The translations under genes and the position numbers were made by a program. The notes below the pieces were generated by a model. The model did no database searches. It was not told the origin of the DNA and saw nothing but the letters and a program-made list of their open reading frames with translations. Source: Octopus vulgaris (Eukaryota). From it: DNA of 64,000 bases. Location of the stretch: the NCBI GenBank assembly GCA_951406725.2, contig OX597814.1:157542001-157606000 (forward strand). Reading direction: 5' to 3'. Positions 55,440 through 64,000 of this stretch are shown here, in pieces (position 1 is the stretch's first letter; each line of letters begins with the position of its first letter).

Positions 55440-55440
<1 letters not shown>
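54881..55440 (+). mobile_element. ~560-bp non-coding element inserted in (TAA)n
   Basis: No ORF; flanked by (TAA)n on both sides; ends ...ctctttcactc(aat)n. Confidence 0.55.
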
Positions 55441-55504
<64 letters not shown>

Positions 55505-55839
55505 TAATAATAATAATAACAACAACAACAACAACAACAATAATAATAATAATAACAACAACAACAATAAAAAAAAAATAAAAACAACAACAAGAATAAT
55601 AATAATTACAACAACAACAACAATAATAATAATAATAGCATTAACAAGCTTCCTAACTGAATTAGAGACTGACCTAATTAAACAATCAGTAAGGGATAAA
55701 AGCATGAATTTACAGCTGAAGAAGATACTACAGAGGAAATAATTACAGACCAACCCAAGACTTATGAAAATACAGACTTATGAAAATGATAAAAAGAGTC
55801 AATATAACTGATAAGCAAAGTGAAATACTGTGGACAAGT

Positions 55840-56841
55840 TGTAACGTTATTGAACCATTGCCGAGTGAGAGGCCTTTCCTTAAAGGTCTAGCATCATTAG
55901 TTGTATTGTTTCAGTCCGTTTTGTTATGGGATTTTCTTTGAGTCTTCTGCTAGATTAGTTTTTATATTGAGGGGTATCGGCCTTCTATGGCACATGCTGT
56001 TGGTTTTGTTCATTTTGTTGTGTATTTACAGTATGAGTTTATTCTTGTATGTTTTTTGAGGGGCCTTGCATAGTAGTGTGTTTGTAACTCATAAATCAAC
56101 TATTTTAGTGTATTCCTGATTATCCCTCCGCCGTTCTTTTGCTTGGTTTTGTTATGGGTTCCAATGATTATTATTATTATCAATGATATTAATACGGTAT
56201 CTTTTTTTTTCTGCGTACATGTTGTATGTGTCACACTTCAAAGATCTGGAAAAGCGAGAGAGAGGAAGACAGAGAGGAAGTAAGAGAGAGAATGAGAGAG
56301 AACGAGAGAGAACGAGAGGGAATGAGAGAGTGTGAAAGAGGCAGTGATTGGTGACGGCGTTCGATTTGTGTTTTCATAGAGGAAGCAAGAGAGAAAGAGA
56401 GAGAGAATTTCTTTATTAATCATAAGGTTGAGGAAAAGAGGGAATGATACGAGGACAAACAAAACAAACATTGGGGTCAGGGTATCGAATGAGATGAAAC
56501 GTATCAATAAACAAACAATTAAGATATGTACAATTAAATAAGAATGAGTGATTTACAAAAAATGAAGCGGAAGACACGGTCGAACTCACAACCACATACT
56601 TACACTGAAGACTTTGTTTTCTTCTTTTTATATTCTCGTTTAAACAGGTTCTTTCACTCGCAACATACTTGCTATAGACTTCCATCATTTACCAAACACC
56701 CTTTGCGACAGGCATTTCTTCTCCAGCCTTGTTTTCCGTTTCATGTGGAAAACGAAAAAGTCGATTAGCTCGAGACTGGAGATGAACATGCCTGTAGCAA
56801 TTCCTTTCACTCTCGTCTTTCATACTACCTCTTTCGTAACA
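55840..56841. mobile_element. Possible solo LTR
   Basis: Starts TGTAACG and ends CGTAACA; non-coding, GA-rich tract and AATAAA; no target-site duplication seen. Confidence 0.35.
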
Positions 56842-56843
56842 GC

Positions 56844-57997
56844 AACTAGATAAGACACAACACACACAAATGAAAGACAAAATAAAAAAAGAATATTATA
56901 GACGAGTTAGATCAATACTAAAAACAGAGCTCAATGCTAAAAACAAGATAATAGGTATCAACACTTTAGCTGTCCCAGTTATAAGTTACAGCTACAATAT
57001 CCTTAACTGGACACGAAATGAACTGACCAAAATAGATAGGAAAACAAGAAAAATAATGACAGGATCTAGGATGCATCACCCAAAATCTGACATAGAAAGA
57101 CTATATATACAACGTATAGAAGGTGGTAGAGGCCTTATACAGCTGGAAAACTACTATAAAATAACCACCATAGGACTGCAAAAATATCTACTACAGAAGG
57201 AAGGAAAACTGATCCAGATAGCGGCAAAACACGAGCAAAACAAAAAACTGTTCTCAGTATTTAAGGAAGCTGACAAATACAAACAAGAAATCATACCACC
57301 TAATAAACATGAAGAAGAAGAAGAAGAAGATGAAGAAACAACAAAAGCTATAAAACAAATGAAATCCAAACTAAAAATAGAACAGCAACGAACCATGATA
57401 AAACGATGGCAAGAAAAGCCCCTTCATGGTAAATACTGGACTAAACTAAACGCAAAAGAAATAGACAAAGAAAAATCCCAGCAATGGTTGAGAAGCTCAG
57501 GACTCAAAGCAGAAACAGAGGGATTTTTAATTGCAGCACAAGACCAAAGCCTCCCCACCTGAAATTACCAAAAACATGTAATGAAAAGAAATATTACAAG
57601 TAACTGCAGAATATGTGGAGATGGACAAGAAACAATAAATCATATTATCTCTAGCTGCCCAGTCTTGGCTAAGGAGGAATATATTCACAGACATGACAGA
57701 GTTGGAACCTACATACATTGGAAGCTATGCCAACATTATGGAATAACAACAGAAAAAAGATGGTATAGGCACACACCAGAAAAGGTCACAGAAAACGAGA
57801 AAGCAACCATACTCTGGGATATGCCGATACACACAGATAGAGAAATTAAGGCCAACAGACCAGATATAGTTGTCAGAGATCATGAAGGAAAACAATGCTT
57901 TCTAATTGATGTATCAATACCGGCAGATGACAACGTGTCTCTAAAAGAAATGGAGAAACTCTCAAAATACAAAGACCTAGAAATAGAGGTAACTAGA
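56844..57997 (+). mobile_element. R4/Dong family A internal fragment, nearly identical to about 53423-54580
   Basis: ORFs 56870-57562 and 57581 onward; same in-frame TGA at 57560-57562. Confidence 0.93.
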
Positions 57998-58062
<65 letters not shown>

Positions 58063-58105
58063 CATTATTATTATTATCATTATTATTATCATCATCATTA
58101 TTATT

Positions 58106-58278
58106 ATTACTCTTTACTCTTTTACTTGTTTCAGTCATTTTAATCGAGCAATTCGACCCTGGGACTTATTCTTTTGTAAGCCCAGTAATTATTCTATCGG
58201 TCTCTTTTGACATAAACGCACCAGCATCGGTTGTCAAGCAATGCTAGGGGGACAAACACCGACATACAAACACACACA

Positions 58279-58323
<45 letters not shown>

Positions 58324-58464
58324 GATGGGCTTCTTTCAGTTTCCGTCTACCAAATCCACTCACAAGGCTTTGGTCGGCCCGAGGCTATAGTAGAAGACGC
58401 TTGCCCAAGGTGCCACGCAGTGGGACTGTGTGGTAAGCTACTTACCACACAGCCACTCCTGCCC

Positions 58465-58465
<1 letters not shown>
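58106..58465 (-). mobile_element. tRNA-derived SINE, same family as 10395-10873, between (ATT)n tracts
   Basis: Sequence similarity. Confidence 0.85.
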
Positions 58466-58530
<65 letters not shown>

Positions 58531-58549
58531 CATCATTATTATTATTATT

Positions 58550-60600
58550 ATTTCAAACAATTCTCGTATTTTTCTGTCAAAATTACATATTTCAGTAACT
58601 GACCAGTTAATGATTTGAAACTGTAAGTCACGACCGGTATGGCTAAAGTATTGATCGCTTCGATCCTATTTCTTCTATTCAGTTCTGTCTTGAGTATTGT
58701 CTTTACCTTGCGATAACATTCTCTTCTGATCCTTTTCTGCATTATTCAATGCAGGAAACACAGCTGTTTACATCTTTTTTGCTCATTAGGGAATATCCCA
58801 CTTTAAAAGACTCTAGGTATATTCAGTCAAGGCATGTTGTTATTTTATACATTGTTGTTAAGCAGGTGATGGGTCTATAATTGTTTGGTTTATTTCATTC
58901 GTGATTTTTTGGAAGGAAGGAATCATACTAGGCTGTTTCAAAACATTGTTGTAAAGCTTTCTTAGCAGTTCGTAGCTCTCTGGGAATGCACTCAACAAGA
59001 AATTAGGAATTTTATCCTTTCCTGGAGACTTACATTAGCTTAACTTTCTGAGAGCAGATCTTACATTCTCCATCTTGACACCCTCCCACTTTTGCTCTTC
59101 TAAGGAATCTAAGTTTGTACATATTCTATCAATCCAAGGGGACTTTCATTGTGTGTTATTCCTCTGCCCAAATTTTATTCCAAAATTCCTGTACTTCTTT
59201 TGGTGGGACAGACTTCACTGTAACTGGTACTTTCCCTATCTTCCTTAAAACTGCTTTGGGTTATTTTTAAACATGTTGTTGTCCTAGAAGAATCTAACGC
59301 GCTTTTCATACCTTGCTATACGGCAGCTTTAGCACATACCTTTTGCTTGATAGTTTCTATGGTGGTATCGATGTCAAGTATGCTTTTCATATTATGTTCT
59401 TTCTTTTTAAGTTTCGGATTTGATAGTCTTGTCAAACTTAAGATTTTTAAACATTCTATGTCACACCTAAGCAGCTGATTTTGGTGCTGAATACGCTCTT
59501 GCCAAGTAGGCGTTTTGGGGGTCGTTGTCATTTTCTAATCTTTTCACCACAGATCTGTAATATCAACATCATTAGCTGAAATTATATCCTTAAGTGCAAC
59601 GCGGATTTTAGAATTCCTTTCAGGTTTTGGTTAGAATTGCGAATTTTTGGGAGGGTGTCACGTTCATTTATACTGGTTCCTTAATTTTCAGCGATTCAAT
59701 CATGATTTGATATTTTATATCATATAGTTCCGTTGGGTTAATTTCTGCGTGACTTTCTTATCTATTTGATCTTCATGTCTTAGTGTTTATGACTGGTTCC
59801 GGGATTATTTCACTTTGCTTATCAGTTACATTAACTCTTTCAATCATTACTGCATTTTTATCAAACCTGGGCTGGTCTATAATTATTTCCTCTGTAGTAT
59901 CTTCTTTAGATACAGCTTCGTTCTTTTTATCCTTTACTGATTGTTTAATTTGTTCAATCTCTAATTCAGTTAGTAATTTCTTTTTCATAATGTTTCTTCT
60001 AACGTTGGCAAATTTGTTACTGTCTATGCAGGGTCTTACTTCTAGCTGCTTCCGTCTCCATCTTAGGTAAGTTTGTTTACTGTTAGATCTATTTACATGA
60101 GAGAAGGCCTTAGGAATTCTTTATTTTCTCCCCTAGACCATTTTCATTCTTTTTCTTTTGGTTATTTGATGACGAGTATGGCTGGCTATCTGTTGGAATA
60201 TTCCGGTCGTGGGATACTTCCAGCTCCTGTGTTTCGGGAAGATTTGAACCAGTAGCTGATTTTTCGTATCCGATCTGGGTCCACACTGAGGAACGCGGCC
60301 CTTGATGAAAGGTGTAAAGAATGACCCGGTCTGTATTTTGTTTTGTTATCATTGAGGCATGACGAGCCTGGACGTTGACATTAGGGGACAGATATGTCTG
60401 TTTAGGATTAATTCTTTGATCCAACACCGCCTCCGAGTACTTTGAATGAAAACATTGCTCGTAACGTAGCGTCTTAGGGTTTGAAGATCTGTATTTGTTA
60501 TTATTATTATTTTTTTGTTGATAGATTTATCTCCGGGCATAGTTTTTTTGTGGTGTTTTTAAACTTATGTATTGTTTACTCTGTCTGAGTTAGATTGAAA
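58550..60600 (-). mobile_element. R4/Dong family B, 5' part with an internal deletion
   Basis: Homologous to 47570-49250 and 49880-50070. Confidence 0.85.
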
Positions 60601-61001
60601 AATAAAAAAAATTATTGGCAATCCTTCGGTTTAACTCGACAAAGCAATGACGAGACCTCGGTTGTTTCCTTGAAAACTCGACAATTTACTTCGGATATCT
60701 TCGTAACATCCGTTACAGCTACTAAAAGGAGAGGAGGAGAAGAAAGCTAATGCGTTGTATATGCATGCTTGTTCTTGTCTGTGTGACTGTGTGTGTGTGC
60801 TTGTTCTTATCTCTGTGCGTGTGTGCACGCTTGTTCTTGTCTGTGCTTGTGTGTGTGTGTGTGTGCGTGCTTGTTTTTCGCTATATCTATATTCCACAAC
60901 ATAAAAACAGAACACGCACACACACACAGACACACAGATGCACACACACACACAGACAAGAACAAGCACGCACATGCACATACACAGAGAAGAACAAGCA
61001 T

Positions 61002-61062
<61 letters not shown>

Positions 61063-61237
61063 GAGACAAGAACAAGCACGAATACACAACCCATTAGCTT
61101 TCTTCTCTTCCATTTTAGTAGCGGTCAGAGAGGTCACGAAGATATCCGAAGGAGTTGTCCGAGTTGTCACGGAAACAACCGAGGTCTTGTTATCGTTTTG
61201 TCGAGTTAAACCGAAGGATTGCCAAATTATTTTATTC
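60600..61237. mobile_element. ~640-bp palindromic foldback/MITE-like element
   Basis: About 60600-60880 is the imperfect reverse complement of about 60900-61237; both arms contain gcttgttcttgtctgtgtg subrepeats. Confidence 0.75.
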
Positions 61238-61279
61238 TGTTTCATTTGTGACACGCGTTTCCTTTGCGTGTATGTGTTG

Positions 61280-62295
61280 TTATTATTATTATTATTCAGT
61301 AGTTTTATTTTTATAGCGTGCTTTCACTTCACTACCGAGCGCAGCTCTGTGTGCCTTGAGTATGTGCTGTGATTTGTTGTGATGCTCTGATGGTTATTGT
61401 ATGGAAAGTGTTCTGCGTAGGATGTGTGCAGTGCCTAGTAGTGCAATTTTCTGTTTGTTATATGTGTTTGTAAGTCCTGGTGTTTTTGTTATGTATTTGT
61501 CTGAATATTTTTTTATCATGCCTAATGCACCTACTATGATAGGAATTGTTTTTGTTTTCAGATTCCACATTCTAGTTATCTCTATTTCCAGGTCTTTGTA
61601 TTCTGAGAGTTTCTCCATTTCTTTTAGAGACACGTTGTCATCTGCCGGTTTTGATACATCAATTAGAAAGCATTTTTTTTCTTCATGATCTCTGACAACT
61701 ATATCTGGTCTGTTGGCCTTAATTTCTCTATCTGTGTGTATCGGCATATCCCAGAGTATGGTTGCTTTCTCGTTTTCTGTGACCTTTTCTGGTGTGTGCC
61801 TATACCATCTTTTTTCTGTTGTTATTCCATAATGTTGGCATAGCTTCCAATGTATGTAGGTTCCAACTCTGTCATGTCTGTGAATATATTCCTTCTTAGC
61901 CAGGACTGGGCAGCTAGCGATAATATGATTTATTGTTTCTTGTCCATCTCCACATATTCTGCAGTTACTTGTAATATTTCTTTTCATTACATGTTTTTGG
62001 TAATTTCAGGTGGGGAGGCTTTGGTCTTGTGCTGCAATTAAAAATCCCTCTGTTTCTGCTTTGAGTCCTGAGCTTCTCAACCATTGCTGGGATTTTTCTT
62101 TGTCTATTTCTTTTGCCTTTACTTTAGTGCAGTATTTACCATGAAGGGGCTTTTCTTGCCATCGTTTTATCATGGTTCGTTGCTGTTCTATTTTTAGTTT
62201 GGATTTCATTTGTTTTATAGCTTTTGTTGTTTCTTCATCATCTTCTTCTTCTTCTTCTTCATGTTTATTAGTTGGTATGATTTCTTGTTTGTATT
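61280..62295 (-). mobile_element. R4/Dong family A, 5'-truncated, with intact C-terminal ORF
   Basis: ORF 61394-61987 (CCHC + REL) preceded by the same in-frame TGA (62006-62008); (TAA)n at both ends. Confidence 0.93.
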
Positions 62296-62315
62296 TCTTG
62301 TATGATTTCTTGTTT

Positions 62316-62399
<84 letters not shown>

Positions 62400-62403
<4 letters not shown>

Positions 62404-64000
62404 TGTTATAGACGTCGCACATTATATAATATCGTGAGGTTGCTGATTGAAGATATTGTGTCTACCGGGTGTTTGTACTGTTTGTCAAGTAATAAGGACC
62501 TCAGACAGACAGTACTTTACGCAATATGCATGCAGTTACAAGTAATGCCAAATTTGCAATACAACTAGATTGTAGGATATTTCTTAATTTTTCGGATATT
62601 TATTTCAGATTGGATGGCGGTGAGACCAAATACTCAGATGTCAATAAGAATAACATTTATGTTTGTCTTTTGCAGCTGCCACATCTTAGCGATCTCACTT
62701 CTTAGGTCTCCATATTTATCAACTTTTGCTACTTCTTTCATGATGATATGTTTATCTTCTGGTACTACCACATCAATTATTAGGCACTTTTGTTTGTCCC
62801 TCCTAAAGGTACTACATCCAGCCGTTGGAGATCTAACATCTTGTCTGTCTGGAAGTTAAAGTTCCAGCGGATTTTGCTTTCCCTTTTTTAAACATTATCT
62901 TTTCCAGTGTATGTTGGTACCAAGCACCCGTAACCTCATATCCATAGTTACGGCATAGTAGCCAATGGAGGTTTTGAGCTACCTTGTCGTGTCTGTGCTT
63001 GTACTCTTTCTGTGCAACACTTTCACAACCACTAACAATGTGAGTCACGCTTTCGACTCTCTTTCCATACATTCTGAGGAGTTATGTTGCTCTTTCGTGA
63101 TATATATTCTTTTTCTCTGAGTTGGTATTCAATGACTAGTCCTGGTCAGCGATGATTAGGTTTTCGGTATTCTTTTTTAGATCGAGCGAGCTGGCAGAAA
63201 TGTTAGCACGCCGGGTGAAATACTTAGTGGTATTTCGTCTGCCGCTACGTTCTGAGTTCAAATTCCGCCGAGGTCGACTTTGCCTTTCATCCTTTCGATG
63301 TCGATTAAATAAGTACCAGTTATGCACTGGGGGCGATATAATCGACTTAATCCGTTTGTCTGCCCTTGTGTGCCTCTCTGTGTTTAGCCCCTTGTGGGTA
63401 GTAAAGAAGTAGGTATTTCGTCTGCCGCTACGCTCTGAGTTCAAGTTCCGCCGAGGTCGACTTTGCCATTCATCCTTTCGGGGTCGATGAAATAAGTACC
63501 GGTTACGCACTGTGGTCGATATAATCGACTTAATCCGTTTGTCTGTCCTTGTTTTTCCCCTCTGTGTTTAGCCCCTTCTGGGCAGTAAAGAAATATGTTC
63601 TTTTTTAGGTCATCCTTCCGGAGCCACCTTCATGATGCTTCTTGATCTTTTCAGTCGTTGGTTTCACGGTGGAACGGACCTTGTAATTCCATGCGGAGTA
63701 CGGTTTCTTCTCTCTCATTGGCTGTTCTTGATGGGAATTTATGAGCACTCTCAAGTCTATTTTTGTTAAATCCTTCTGCTTGAGCTGCAAATTGTAGCAA
63801 GTCTTTTTTGCTGTTTACCAAATATTCTCCCATGTTTCTTCTTTCACTGTTGATGCACACCCGTACGCTAATCAGCCCACGTTCACCTTTATGTACCCCA
63901 CTTCATATAGATCCTTAGAACCTATTCGCCTTAGGGTGAAGTGCGCCAAACATTGTCATTGTCTTTCATGCAATGCGATCGAGTTGGTTAATCTCCACTT
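62400..64000 (-). mobile_element. R4/Dong family D, degenerate, interrupted by a SINE
   Basis: VESVTHIVSGC, HRHDKVAQNLHWLLC; 3' UTR matches 51700-51790. Confidence 0.8.
63185..63592 (+). mobile_element. Second tRNA-derived SINE family, one full copy plus a tandem partial copy
   Basis: A-box-like tggcagaaatgttagc and B-box gagttcaaattcc; about 63229-63408 repeated at about 63412-63592. Confidence 0.8.

Noticed and set aside
60760-61085. CRISPR-like spaced repeats
   Set aside because: Spacers are (GT)n microsatellite within a eukaryotic palindrome; no cas genes.

Overview
AT-rich eukaryotic genomic DNA, most likely a cephalopod (Octopus). This assignment is inferred from the recognisable tRNA-derived SINEs and the repeat landscape. 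About 85-90% of the window is transposon debris and microsatellite. There are many R4/Dong-clade non-LTR retrotransposon copies of at least 4 families, chained through (TAA)n tails. Also present are Tx1/L1, CR1/L2-type and Penelope-like fragments, a mariner, a Helitron PIF1 helicase, a hAT-like transposase and SINEs. Host coding sequence is limited to three + strand exons. Two phase-compatible exons (13249-13428, 15163-15395) encode a complete C-type lectin domain, and a phase 1-1 exon (39441-39725) encodes a PAN/apple-like domain. These probably belong to two neighbours in a tandem PAN-CTL gene array. The most striking signal is a set of short non-coding elements in (TA)n tracts that carry type I hammerhead ribozymes. 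Two of them (18844-19807, 27556-28273) have an X-Y-X more-than-unit-length structure with periods of 474 and 446 bp plus an inverted arm, as expected for retrozyme-like (possibly circular) RNAs mobilised by Penelope-like RTs. Second, three R4/Dong copies share the same in-frame TGA between the RT and the zinc-knuckle/endonuclease domains. All structures were read by eye, and boundaries of degenerate elements are approximate.
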